A stretch of DNA of 64,000 nt. Origin: Candidatus Omnitrophota bacterium. GTDB taxonomy: Bacteria; Omnitrophota; Gorgyraeia; B26-G9. Location: contig JAHIOQ010000051.1 of assembly GCA_018895275.1 (NCBI GenBank), positions 46,409 to 110,408 on the forward strand. The letters are read 5' to 3'. A model generated the notes under the pieces. The model was not told the origin of the DNA and ran no database searches. It saw only the letters and a list, made by a program, of their open reading frames with translations. Made by a program: the position numbers and the translations under genes. Positions 1 through 11,358 of the stretch are shown here, piece by piece; position 1 is the first letter of the stretch; each line of letters starts with the position of its first letter.

Positions 1-226
1 CGACTCTTCTTCTGATGATCTCAATCGTACGGTCGACAATATCGGAACGCAAATCGTCGCTTGCCTTTTCCGGCAGTTTAGAAAGGTCAACGCGTAAGGT
101 CAGAAAAATCCCGCCCTGCAAATCAAGCCCGAGATTTATCTTCTGCTGCAGCGGATAAATAACCCACACACAAAACAATACCAGTAAAGCAGTTAATAAC
201 AACTTTATTTTCATGTTCTTCGGCAT
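1..226 (-). CDS. secD: Protein translocase subunit SecD, N-terminal part (runs off the window edge)
   Basis: Manual translation from ATG 226: MPKNMKIKLLLTALLVLFLCVWVIYPLQQKINLGLDLQGG...RTIEIIRRRV; LGLDLQGG motif, AGGAGGA RBS, directly downstream of yajC. Confidence 0.93.
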   Translation of the reverse strand, partial: MPKNMKIKLLLTALLVLFCVWVIYPLQQKINLGLDLQGGIFLTLRVDLSKLPEKASDDLRSDIVDRTIEIIRRRV

Positions 227-265
227 TTCTTCCTCCTGTAGAAAATTTTAACCAATGCGTCCCCG

Positions 266-595
266 TTATGACTGGCGTGCTTTCTTAACCGTGGAAATAG
301 CGCTCTTGTCAAACTCAATCTTCACGTTATCATCAACCTTAAGCACAATCGTCTTTTCCTTAACATTAACCACCGTTCCGTGAATGCCGCCGGCAGTAAT
401 CACCTCATCGTTCTTTTTAAGCTGGCTGGCCATATCCTGCTTTTCCTTTTGCTGCTTTTGCTGCGGCCTGATAAGAAAAAAATAAAAAACCAGAAAAATA
501 ATCAGATACATGGGAAACAAAACCAAAAATCCTCCCTGCCCCTGCGGCACTGCTTCATTAGCGCCCTGCGCATATACTGCCGAAATAAAATCCAC
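266..595 (-). CDS. yajC: Preprotein translocase subunit YajC
   Basis: One TM helix, FYFFLIRPQQK and DEVITAGGIHG motifs; upstream of secD. Confidence 0.96.
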   Translation of the reverse strand: MDFISAVYAQGANEAVPQGQGGFLVLFPMYLIIFLVFYFFLIRPQQKQQKEKQDMASQLKKNDEVITAGGIHGTVVNVKEKTIVLKVDDNVKIEFDKSAISTVKKARQS

Positions 596-626
596 TTTGC
601 TTTCCTCCTCCTGCTTTGCCGTTATA

Positions 627-776
627 ACAAGTTAATAGGACGCAGATTTTCGCAGATAAATCAGGATTTAAAAATTCTATGCATCTGCGCCTTAATCAAT
701 TTATTTCCTTGAACTCTTTATTCTTAAAATCTTGATAATCTGCGCTCATCTGCGTCCAAAAAGGAAATTCCTATAC
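627..776. mobile_element. GxxExxY-associated inverted-repeat element, near-empty copy (CGCAGAT-type arms)
   Basis: Arms GGACGCAGATTTTCGCAGATAAATCAGGAT and ATCTTGATAATCTGCGCTCATCTGCGTCC; 627-680 and 714-776 match 63088-63141 (1 mismatch) and 63232-63294 (identical). Confidence 0.75.
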
Positions 777-935
777 CATAAATTTATTTTCATTTTCCCT
801 TTATTCACAAAAACGTAAACGGAATAATTATACAATATATTGCAATATTTTGCTACCTTTTTGTTTATAGAAAATAGATACTTAGACCGCGGCTTGCCTG
901 CCTCTCGCATCCCGTAGTAGTTAACCCGGTATAAT

Positions 936-1152
936 TCAGCGCCAATGCGTTTCTATCCATGCAGCTGCCTGCCTATTCAATTCCAACGGTGCAGGCGCAT
1001 GGCCGCCCTCAAATTCAAACCATGCGGTTTGCCAATTGCGTTCTTCTAAAAACCGGCGGTCATCCTTCATATGTTCAGCCGATACCGGCAAGAAAAATTA
1101 TTATACTCAGCGATATTATTATCAGTATCTTCATGAAAATATTATACTGCAT
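936..1152 (-). pseudogene. Probable internally deleted secreted alpha/beta-hydrolase (esterase-like)
   Basis: Signal-peptide-like 25-aa ORF 1075-1152 followed out of frame by a 44-aa ORF 936-1070 (MKDDRRFLEERNWQTAWFEFEGGHAPAP...AAAWI) resembling the catalytic-His end of carboxylesterases. Confidence 0.5.
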
Positions 1153-1234
1153 GAAATCGGAAATCGACAACTTTTTTTTGAATACCATTTTTGAATACCG
1201 GGAATCGAAGATTGAAAAATATAATGGCTTTCAA

Positions 1235-3434
<2,200 letters not shown>

Positions 3435-3438
<4 letters not shown>

Positions 3439-3525
3439 TTTTTAATCCTGGAAATTAGCCACAATATAAAAGAAAGCAGCGCACTCAACAATAAAAAGCT
3501 TTCCCATCTGACTTATCTGATTCAT
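3435..3525 (-). pseudogene. Internally deleted small membrane protein gene (DUF2905-like)
   Basis: N-terminus MNQISQMGKLFIV joined out of frame to LSALLSFILWLISRIKK-stop, whose TGA overlaps the queA GTG; DUF2905 often lies between ruvB and queA. Confidence 0.55.
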
Positions 3526-3541
3526 GTTTTCATCCAATTTT

Positions 3542-4090
3542 TTATAAAACTTTGACTCTGCGTTCCTCGCGGCTAAGATTGCATCCGCAGTATTTCTGGC
3601 GGTATAATCCTTCCTGCCGGGAAATGCCTACGGCCTCCTGATACCCCTGCCGGAAATCGCAATAATAAAAATCAACGCCCGTATCCAGCGCGGCCATTTC
3701 TCCGGCCTCTTTCAGCAACACATGGTCCTGATATGGACTCACCAGCAAGGTCGTGGAAAAAACACCGGCGTTTATCCGTTTCGCGTATTCGGCGGTTTTT
3801 TTAAGCCGCAGATACCAGCATATACGGCAGCGCTGCGGCCGCTGCGCGCTATCGGCAATCATCCGCGTAAATTCATCCTGCGCATCATCCTCGAAAAAAC
3901 AAACCGTGCAGTCAATCTTCTGCGCGTAACCTTGCAGCGTCTGTTTTCTTAAGGCATATTCCTGTGCGGAATATATGTTCGGATTATAAAAAAAACCTTT
4001 AATCGCAAAGCCGGCTCCGCTTAACTTCCGGAAGGGATAAATCAGGCAGGGCGCGCAGCAAATATGCAGTACGATATCCTGCTCACTCAT
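3542..4090 (-). CDS. queH: Epoxyqueuosine reductase QueH
   Basis: LHICCAPC, FYNPNI, RCRIC, FSTTLLVSP, YRQKYCGC; adjacent to queA/tgt. Confidence 0.93.
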   Translation of the reverse strand: MSEQDIVLHICCAPCLIYPFRKLSGAGFAIKGFFYNPNIYSAQEYALRKQTLQGYAQKIDCTVCFFEDDAQDEFTRMIADSAQRPQRCRICWYLRLKKTAEYAKRINAGVFSTTLLVSPYQDHVLLKEAGEMAALDTGVDFYYCDFRQGYQEAVGISRQEGLYRQKYCGCNLSREERRVKVL

Positions 4091-5165
4091 CCTCAAACAA
4101 CCCCTTTTGCGTCTTATCCGGGCCAGGCCTTCCCAGATGCCGGTACGCGGCCTCCGTTGCCTGCCTGCCGCGCGGCGTGCGTTTCAACAGTCCTATCTTT
4201 AAAAGATACGGCTCAACCACATCGACAATCGTATCGCTTTCTTCGTTCAAGGTCGCGGCCAGGGATTCTATGCCCACCGGCCCTCCCTCATAAGTATCGA
4301 TTATCACCGCCAGCACGCGGCGGTCAATATCATCAAGCCCAAGACTGTCTATCCCCTGCAGGTTAAGCGCTGCCTCCGATACCGCGGGATTTATCCTGCC
4401 GTCCTCCTTAACCTGAGAATAGTCGCGCACTCGGCGAAGAAGGCGGTTTGCCACGCGCGGCGTGCCGCGGGAGCGGCGAGCGATCAGTTCCGCGCTCTCT
4501 TCATCCAGGGGCATGGACAATACCTCTGCCGATTTCTTAACAATCTTCACCAGCTCCGGCCACGGATAAAAATCAAGGTGGTAATACATGCCGAAGCGGC
4601 TGCGCAGGGCGCCGGTAAGCAGCCCGGAACGCGTCGTCGCTCCAATCAGCGTAAACGGTTTCAGGTTGAACTTAATCGTCTTCGCGTATGGCCCCTTATC
4701 AATGATGAAATCTATCTTGTAATCCTCCATCGCCGGATAAAGAAATTCTTCCACTATATTCGACAACCGGTGTATCTCGTCGATAAAAAGAATATCGCCG
4801 TGCTCGAGATTCGTAAGTATGCCGATAAGGTCTCCGGCGCGTTCTATCGCCGGCCCGGAGGTCGTCGTAATTTTCGTGCCCATCTCATGGGCGATAATAT
4901 GCGCCAGTGTCGTCTTGCCCAGCCCCGGCGGCCCGGAAAAGATCAGGTGTTCCAAAGGCTCATGCCGCGCCTGCGCGGCCTGGATACCGATATTAAGATT
5001 ATCTTTAATCTTATCCTGTCCGATAAAGTCGTTGAATTTCAGCGGCCGCAAAGAAAGATTAAGAACAATATCTTCCTCGGTCTCCTCCTGCGAGAGCACC
5101 GGCTCGCGCAGCAATTTTTCCTCTTCGTTATTCGGATTGAGCTGATCTCTGTCTATAGACTTCAT
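4083..5165 (-). CDS. ruvB: Holliday junction branch migration helicase RuvB
   Basis: LRP..F.DFIGQ, GPPGLGKTT, FIDEIHRL, SRGTPRVANRLLRRVRD, RTPRGR. Confidence 0.98.
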   Translation of the reverse strand: MKSIDRDQLNPNNEEEKLLREPVLSQEETEEDIVLNLSLRPLKFNDFIGQDKIKDNLNIGIQAAQARHEPLEHLIFSGPPGLGKTTLAHIIAHEMGTKITTTSGPAIERAGDLIGILTNLEHGDILFIDEIHRLSNIVEEFLYPAMEDYKIDFIIDKGPYAKTIKFNLKPFTLIGATTRSGLLTGALRSRFGMYYHLDFYPWPELVKIVKKSAEVLSMPLDEESAELIARRSRGTPRVANRLLRRVRDYSQVKEDGRINPAVSEAALNLQGIDSLGLDDIDRRVLAVIIDTYEGGPVGIESLAATLNEESDTIVDVVEPYLLKIGLLKRTPRGRQATEAAYRHLGRPGPDKTQKGLFEDE

Positions 5166-5754
5166 TTAATAATTCTTCCGCATTTTTGACCTGGGGATTT
5201 CTCTCCATCGCCTTTTTAATCATTGTTTCCGCTTCCGGGCGCTTATACTGCAGCTGCAGCAGCACGGACAAGGCCTCCTGCTCAATATCCGCCTTTTCGT
5301 CTTTTTTTATTGCCTGCTGCGGCAAAGAGCGTATCAAGCCAAACTTGCCGACCTTGCCCTGTAGTTTGGCGACAATCTCCCGCGCGCGCTGATTGCCAAT
5401 ACCGGGAAGCGCTTTTAAAAAATTAACATCCCCGGCATCTATCGCGCGGGCGATATCGGATATCGGCTCGCTGATTGCTCTTACTGCCGCCTTGGGACCG
5501 ATGCCGGATACGGTAATAAATTTCTCAAAAAACTCTTTTTCCACTTCGTTCAAAAATCCCACTAAAATGGGAATACTTTTGGAAGGGTCGGTCTGGTAAT
5601 AATGATAGGTGACAAATTCCGCATGGGTCTCATTCTGCGCTAGAGAGCGCATAATGCCCTGAGGCAGGAGCACCTCATAGCCGATACCGTTGACCTCAAG
5701 CAATACGGAATTTTCTTCCTTACCTATAATCTTACCGGAAATCCTGCAAATCAT
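5128..5754 (-). CDS. ruvA: Holliday junction branch migration protein RuvA
   Basis: EVNGIGYEV, VSGIGPKAA and LPGIG HhH motifs; between ruvC and ruvB. Confidence 0.96.
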   Translation of the reverse strand: MICRISGKIIGKEENSVLLEVNGIGYEVLLPQGIMRSLAQNETHAEFVTYHYYQTDPSKSIPILVGFLNEVEKEFFEKFITVSGIGPKAAVRAISEPISDIARAIDAGDVNFLKALPGIGNQRAREIVAKLQGKVGKFGLIRSLPQQAIKKDEKADIEQEALSVLLQLQYKRPEAETMIKKAMERNPQVKNAEELLNEVYRQRSAQSE

Positions 5755-6233
5755 AACTGCCTCTTTGTTACATTTATATGCGTAATCGCCAAGGCCAGCG
5801 CATCGGCAACATCATAAGGCGCCGGGTCCTTTTTTAATCCCAACATTTCTTTAATCACTCTCTGTACCTGCAGTTTCTTTGCCCCGCCTGTGCCGGTAAC
5901 CGCCTTCTTCACCTTTTTTGCCGCGTAACCGGCAACCGGAATACGCGACTGTCCTGCCAGCAGGCAAATCGCGCCGCGCGCGTGCGCCATAAGAATCGCT
6001 GTCCGCGGATTTTTATAATGTGAATACAATTCCTCCAGGGCAATTACCTGCGGACGATAAATCTCAATAACCTGGCGCAGGCCTTTATAAATCTTATCCA
6101 GCCTGAGGCTCATGGGCTCTTTACACGAACTGCGGACAACCCCAGCTTCCAGCAGAACCATTCTCCCTGCCTTGGCCTCGATCAGGCCGTATCCGGTGCA
6201 TTGCAAACCTGGATCTATTCCCAAGACGCGCAT
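5751..6233 (-). CDS. ruvC: Crossover junction endodeoxyribonuclease RuvC
   Basis: VLGIDPG, VKKAVTGTGGAKKLQVQ, DVADALALAITH. Confidence 0.96.
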   Translation of the reverse strand: MRVLGIDPGLQCTGYGLIEAKAGRMVLLEAGVVRSSCKEPMSLRLDKIYKGLRQVIEIYRPQVIALEELYSHYKNPRTAILMAHARGAICLLAGQSRIPVAGYAAKKVKKAVTGTGGAKKLQVQRVIKEMLGLKKDPAPYDVADALALAITHINVTKRQL

Positions 6234-6240
6234 GTATTTC

Positions 6241-6996
6241 CTATACCTCAATCTCTTTTAATATTTCATCCGGGATATCGAAATTCGCGTAAACATTCTG
6301 CACGTCGTCGTGGTCTTCCAGGGTACTGATAAGATTTAGTATCTGCTGCGCCGTGGACTTATCGTTTATCTTTACCGTGTTTGCCGGCACCTTGGTTATT
6401 TCCGCGGAGACGGCAATAACACCATTGTCTTCCACGGCCTTTTTCACGTTTTCAAAATCCTTTACCGCGGTGCTGATTTCATACGTTTCATCCTGAACAG
6501 TCATGTCTTCGGCGCCGTTTTCCAGGATAATATTCATCAGCTTATCTTCCGCGCACTCTTTTTTCTCAACGATAATCATCCCCTTGGGCTGAAACATCCA
6601 GCTTACGGACCCGGCTCCGGCCATGTTCGCGCCCCTCTTCGAAAAGATATTACGGATCTCGGACGCGGCGCGGTTTTTATTATCCGTGAGCACGTCCACG
6701 AGCATCGCCACGCCGCCGGGGCCATAGCCCTCGTACGTTACTTCCTCGTATATGACGCCGGGCAATTCACCCGTGCCTTTTTTAATCGCCTTTTCGATGT
6801 TGTCCTTAGGCATATTCGATTCTTTCGCGCGGCTTATCGCCAGGCGAAGGCGCGGATTGGCGTCCGGATTACCGCCGCCGCCGAAACGCGCGGCAACCGT
6901 CAGTTCCTTAATCAATTTCGTAAAGACCTTTCCCCGTTTCGAATCTGTTGCTGCCTTTTTGTGTTTAATACTTGCCCATTTTGAATGTCCCGACAT
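6241..6996 (-). CDS. yebC: YebC/PmpR family protein
   Basis: MSGHSKWASIKHKK, YEGYGPGG, TDNKNR, LEDHDDVQNVY. Confidence 0.96.
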   Translation of the reverse strand: MSGHSKWASIKHKKAATDSKRGKVFTKLIKELTVAARFGGGGNPDANPRLRLAISRAKESNMPKDNIEKAIKKGTGELPGVIYEEVTYEGYGPGGVAMLVDVLTDNKNRAASEIRNIFSKRGANMAGAGSVSWMFQPKGMIIVEKKECAEDKLMNIILENGAEDMTVQDETYEISTAVKDFENVKKAVEDNGVIAVSAEITKVPANTVKINDKSTAQQILNLISTLEDHDDVQNVYANFDIPDEILKEIEV

Positions 6997-7059
6997 ACAC
7001 GATCTCTCCTGTTTTATATGTTATATTTATTCCTCTGTTCCGTATTGCACATTAACCGA

Positions 7060-7629
7060 TTATCCCGGATTATACTTGGCGATTCTTGTTTGAAACGACT
7101 CCTCTAATAATTTCCCCTTTAACCTCCAGCGCACGGTTACCTTAACATCCTTGAACGTCGCCGCGCCCGTAGGATTAATCTCTATCTTATACTCAAATCC
7201 CGCGTATTCCGCGGATGGGACAAAATCGGTTATCTTAGTATCGGCTTTAGTTATATCATCATAGGCCGCGGCGCGCACATTCTCTATCCATTCGCGCGCA
7301 AGCAGGGTTGCCTTCGTCAAATCCGAGGCACGCCGTGATGCATCCAGCGCTACCGGCAGATATGCCATCACGGAAATAAGCCCGATGCCGAGTATGGTCA
7401 GGGCAATAATAATCTCAATAAGCGTAAACCCCGTTAGAGAACTTCGTTCCCTAACGGTTTCCGCTGACATTGGCATTAAACCACCGGCAGCGTCTATATT
7501 TTTCCCACCACCGACTTCGTCGGTAGCTTTCTCTAACGGGGTAAACGCCCTAGCTGAAGCGAAAGATATTTTTTTTCGAAACAATAATCTCATACATGAA
7601 AAAGGTCTATTCCTCATGTTCATGTTCAA
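7060..7629 (-). CDS. Type IV prepilin/pseudopilin (GspI/PilV-like) with a 39-aa in-frame insertion in its leader
   Basis: G|FTLIEIIIALTILGIG N-methylation motif and C-terminal VKVTVRW strand; exact start uncertain (7629, 7617 or 7593). Confidence 0.85.
   Translation of the reverse strand: MNMNMRNRPFSCMRLLFRKKISFASARAFTPLEKATDEVGGGKNIDAAGGLMPMSAETVRERSSLTGFTLIEIIIALTILGIGLISVMAYLPVALDASRRASDLTKATLLAREWIENVRAAAYDDITKADTKITDFVPSAEYAGFEYKIEINPTGAATFKDVKVTVRWRLKGKLLEESFQTRIAKYNPG
7429..7541. mobile_element. 113-bp MITE-like element with 13-bp terminal inverted repeats and TAAA direct repeats
   Basis: CCCCGTTAGAGAA...TTCTCTAACGGGG flanked by TAAA (7425-7428 and 7542-7545); internal hairpins at 7431-7457 and 7510-7524. 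Confidence 0.85.
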
Positions 7630-9661
7630 ATTTCGCCTGCGCGATTATCTTTTCCGCGATGCGGCCGGGAACCTCTTCGTAATGAGAAAAAGTCATTGAG
7701 TACGAGCCTCTGCCCTGCGTCATCGAGCGCAGTTCCGTAGCATAACGCAGCATCTCGGAGAGCGGCACCTGCGCCTTTATCTTCTCATATTTACCGGACA
7801 GTTCCATGCCCTGCACCCTGCCGCGGCGCGAACTTAAGTCGCCGTTAATCGCGCCCATGTATTCGTCGGGAATAACGATTTCCACGTCCATTAGCGGTTC
7901 CAGGAGGATCGGAGAGGCCTCCACAACGCCTTTGCGCAACGCCATACCCGCGGCGATTTGAAACGCCATATCCGAAGAATCCACTTCGTGATAAGAACCG
8001 TCAAAGATGGTCACGCTTAAATCCACAAGCGGATACCCGGCAATCGCGCCGCCGCCCAGTGCCTTGCGCACGCCCTTTTCCACGGAAGGGATATACTGGC
8101 GCGGCACAACACCGCCGACGACTTTATCCAGGAACACAAACTCCTGTCCGCGCGCAAGCGGATGCAGCTCCAGCCATACGTCGGCATACTGCCCCCTGCC
8201 GCCGGATTGTTTTTTGTATTTTTGATGAATCTTTGTCGACTTCTTTATCGTCTCTTTATAAGGAACCTTCGGCATTCCCACCTCCACTTCCACGTGATAA
8301 CGCTGTTTTAAGCGCTCGATAGCGATTTCCAGGTGCATATCTCCCATGCCGGAAAGAATCAGCTCCTTGGTCTGAGAATCGCGGGAAACACGCAGACCCT
8401 GGTCCTCGGTAGTCATCTTTGCCAATGACTGCGAAATCTTTTCTTCATCCTGGCGCGTCTTCGGCTTCAGGGAAAACGATATCGCCGGTTCCATGAATAC
8501 TTTCTTATTAAACAATAACGGGTGCTTTGCATCGGTAAGGCTGTCGCCGGTATGCGTATTCTTCAATTTCGCCACCGCCGCGATATCGCCGGCGCAAACA
8601 CTCTCCACCGAAAGCTGCTCCTTGCCCTGCATTATATAAATCTGGCCGAAACGCTCCGCAGTGTCCTGCTCCACATTAAAAAATTCCGTATTCGAATTCA
8701 ACACACCGGAGACCACCCGGAACAAACTCAACTGTCCGACATAAGGGTCGGAAATCGTCTTGAACACAAACGCGCTAAAAGGCCGGCTGCTATCGGCAAT
8801 AACCGTCTTTTTTTCTTTTGTCCGCGCGTCAAACGCGTCCACCTGCGTAGTGCTTGCCGCTGCCGGAAAATAGGCAATAATCGCGCTAATCAATTCCTTG
8901 ATGCCCAGTTGCGCAAGCGGATTGCCGCAGAATATCGGCACAATCTGCTGCTGTTTTAGCGCCGTCTTAAACGCGTTATCAATTTCCGCATCGCTTAATT
9001 CCTCGCCGCCAAGATATTTTTCCACCAGCGCGTCATCGGATTCGGCGATAATCTCCACCAGTTTTTCCCGGTATTTCCCTGCCTCCGCCTGCTGTTCCGC
9101 GGAAAGGCCGCTCCATCCTGACTTAGAAAGAAGACTGATTATTCCTTTAAAGCTTGAGATACTGCCTATGGGAAGAAATACCGGAGTACACCTGTCCCCG
9201 AAAACAGCGCGTATAGTATCCACGATACCGTAAAAATCGGAATTATCCTTATCCAACTTATTGATAAAGATTGCCCGCGGCAGAGAATTGGCATCAAGAA
9301 TTCCCCAGGCACGCTGAGTACCAACTTCTATACCGTCCACTCCGCTGATCACCACGATACCAGCCTCCGCGGCAGGCACGGCATTGCGCAGCTCCACGAT
9401 AAAGTCGGCATAACCGGGAGTATCAAGCATATTAATTTTCGTACCGCCGGAAATACAATGCAGTAAAGAAGTATTAATGGAAATTTTGCGCGCTATCTCT
9501 ATCGGGTCATAATCACTAATCGAATTACCGCTGTCAACGCTGCCCTGCCGGGTAACCTGGCCCGCAGCAAAAAGCATGGAATCGACAAGGGTTGTCTTTC
9601 CCGCCCCGGAATGAGAAACAAAGACCACATTACGAATCATATTTTCCGCGTATCTTTCCAT
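7607..9661 (-). CDS. fusA: Elongation factor G paralog (EF-G2/FusA2-like)
   Basis: SHSGAGKTT, DTPG, NKLD, YKKQSGGRGQY, DGSYHEVDSS, LRSMTQGRG; effector KISI instead of RGITI and no rpsL/rpsG neighbours, so a paralog. Confidence 0.9.
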   Translation of the reverse strand: MERYAENMIRNVVFVSHSGAGKTTLVDSMLFAAGQVTRQGSVDSGNSISDYDPIEIARKISINTSLLHCISGGTKINMLDTPGYADFIVELRNAVPAAEAGIVVISGVDGIEVGTQRAWGILDANSLPRAIFINKLDKDNSDFYGIVDTIRAVFGDRCTPVFLPIGSISSFKGIISLLSKSGWSGLSAEQQAEAGKYREKLVEIIAESDDALVEKYLGGEELSDAEIDNAFKTALKQQQIVPIFCGNPLAQLGIKELISAIIAYFPAAASTTQVDAFDARTKEKKTVIADSSRPFSAFVFKTISDPYVGQLSLFRVVSGVLNSNTEFFNVEQDTAERFGQIYIMQGKEQLSVESVCAGDIAAVAKLKNTHTGDSLTDAKHPLLFNKKVFMEPAISFSLKPKTRQDEEKISQSLAKMTTEDQGLRVSRDSQTKELILSGMGDMHLEIAIERLKQRYHVEVEVGMPKVPYKETIKKSTKIHQKYKKQSGGRGQYADVWLELHPLARGQEFVFLDKVVGGVVPRQYIPSVEKGVRKALGGGAIAGYPLVDLSVTIFDGSYHEVDSSDMAFQIAAGMALRKGVVEASPILLEPLMDVEIVIPDEYMGAINGDLSSRRGRVQGMELSGKYEKIKAQVPLSEMLRYATELRSMTQGRGSYSMTFSHYEEVPGRIAEKIIAQAKFEHEHEE

Positions 9662-9696
9662 TGTCTATACCCTCCCTCGCCTGGTTAATAATAAAA

Positions 9697-11214
9697 TTAT
9701 TCATTAATTATTCTGTCTTTCGGCTCAACCTTCCACGGATGCGCGGCAACGATAATCGCAAAGAACAACGTATAAATAAGCCAGTCCCTGCCGATCATAA
9801 TGATTGCCACCCAGGAATACCCTCCATACGGCTTCGCCAGCTCCTGCACCAGCGACGAAATAAAAAGGATAATCAACACCAGCGGACAGATAAAGCGTAT
9901 GGACACATCCCACCACTTATTCAGCTTCCAATCACTGAAATGATTGATGTGTTCGCGCAGGCGCTTTGTTTTAAATATCCATCCCACGGCAATACACTCC
10001 AGAATACCCGCCAACACCAGGCCGTATTGCGTAAGGAAATGATCCACGATATCCAACCAGTACAATCCGGCGTGCGTCGTGAAAATGATACTGCCGAGAA
10101 ACCCGATCACACTGAGAACCGAAACCACCACTTTTCTCGGATAGTGAAATTTATCGATAATCGCCGAGGTAAACGCCTCGAGTATGGAAATCGCCGAGGA
10201 TAAACCGGCAATAACCAGTGTGGCAAAAAACATAACGCCGAAAAGTTTCGAAAAATGCGGCAGCAGGCTGATGGCCTTTGGATAGGCGACAAAGGCAAGG
10301 CCGATTGAATCACTGACTACCTCGCTGATATCCTTGCCTGAAGTACCCGCCATATAACCGAGCACGGAAAAGACACCTAACCCGGCAAACAAGGAATACA
10401 GGCAGTTAACTATACATATCACAAACGAATCCTTAACAATCTGGCTCTTTTTCGGCAGGTAAGAGGCATAGGCGATCATAATCCCGAATCCCAGGCTTAG
10501 AGTAAAGAAAATCTGGCTGAAGGCGTCTATCCATACCCCCGGCTCGCGCAGGCGCGGGAAATCAGGGCGCAGATACAGCATTATCCCCTCTTTTGCTCCC
10601 GGCAGCCGGATGCTCCATAAGACTATCACCGCGGTTAAAACAAAAAGCAGCGGCATAAATATCTTATTCGCGCGTTCCAGGCCTTTTTGCACGCCGCCGA
10701 AGACAATCAGCCAGGTCATCCCCCAAACCCCCAGCAGTGAAAACAATATCGGCATACGGAAATCCCGCAGATTAAACGGGCTGTCGCTGAGCATGAGGAA
10801 CTGCTTGAAGAAAAAGGCATTCGGGTTATCCGTCCAGCCCGCGTTAAAAGACAAGAAAAAATAATTCAAACACCAGGAAATGACTACCGAATAATACATG
10901 ATAATGCCGAACATCACAAAGATAACCTGCCACCAGCCCAGCCACTCCCATTTTTTCGATACAACGGCCATACTTGCCGGCGCCGAACCTTTCATCTTAT
11001 GCCCAAGGCCTATTTCCAGGATCATCAGCGGAATCCCGACGATAAGCAAGGCCGTAAAATACGAGATAAGGAACGCGCCGCCGCCGTTCTTATAGCATAG
11101 ATAGGGAAAGCGCCAGATATTTCCTAACCCGATCGCGGAACCGATAGCCGCCAGCAAAAATCCAATATGAGACTTCCATTGAGGACGATGATGGATAAAA
11201 ACATCCTTACTCAT
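9697..11214 (-). CDS. Sodium-dependent transporter (NSS/SNF family)
   Basis: GSAIGLGNIWRFPY, QIFFTLSLGFG, GLAFVAYP. Confidence 0.95.
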   Translation of the reverse strand: MSKDVFIHHRPQWKSHIGFLLAAIGSAIGLGNIWRFPYLCYKNGGGAFLISYFTALLIVGIPLMILEIGLGHKMKGSAPASMAVVSKKWEWLGWWQVIFVMFGIIMYYSVVISWCLNYFFLSFNAGWTDNPNAFFFKQFLMLSDSPFNLRDFRMPILFSLLGVWGMTWLIVFGGVQKGLERANKIFMPLLFVLTAVIVLWSIRLPGAKEGIMLYLRPDFPRLREPGVWIDAFSQIFFTLSLGFGIMIAYASYLPKKSQIVKDSFVICIVNCLYSLFAGLGVFSVLGYMAGTSGKDISEVVSDSIGLAFVAYPKAISLLPHFSKLFGVMFFATLVIAGLSSAISILEAFTSAIIDKFHYPRKVVVSVLSVIGFLGSIIFTTHAGLYWLDIVDHFLTQYGLVLAGILECIAVGWIFKTKRLREHINHFSDWKLNKWWDVSIRFICPLVLIILFISSLVQELAKPYGGYSWVAIIMIGRDWLIYTLFFAIIVAAHPWKVEPKDRIINE

Positions 11215-11358
11215 ACGAACATTCACCTCGCTTTTTGCAAAAATACCTAAGGTTTTAACTTTAAGGACATAACAATATATATATCAAAAATTTAGAAAAA
11301 GGTCAACCAAAAACAGCGTTTATGTAGATAGATTATATGGAGTAGCAAGAATGACATG

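Noticed and set aside
880-1100. GC-richer intergenic stretch considered as tRNA or ncRNA
   Set aside because: No cloverleaf or T-loop motif; largely explained by the hydrolase remnant
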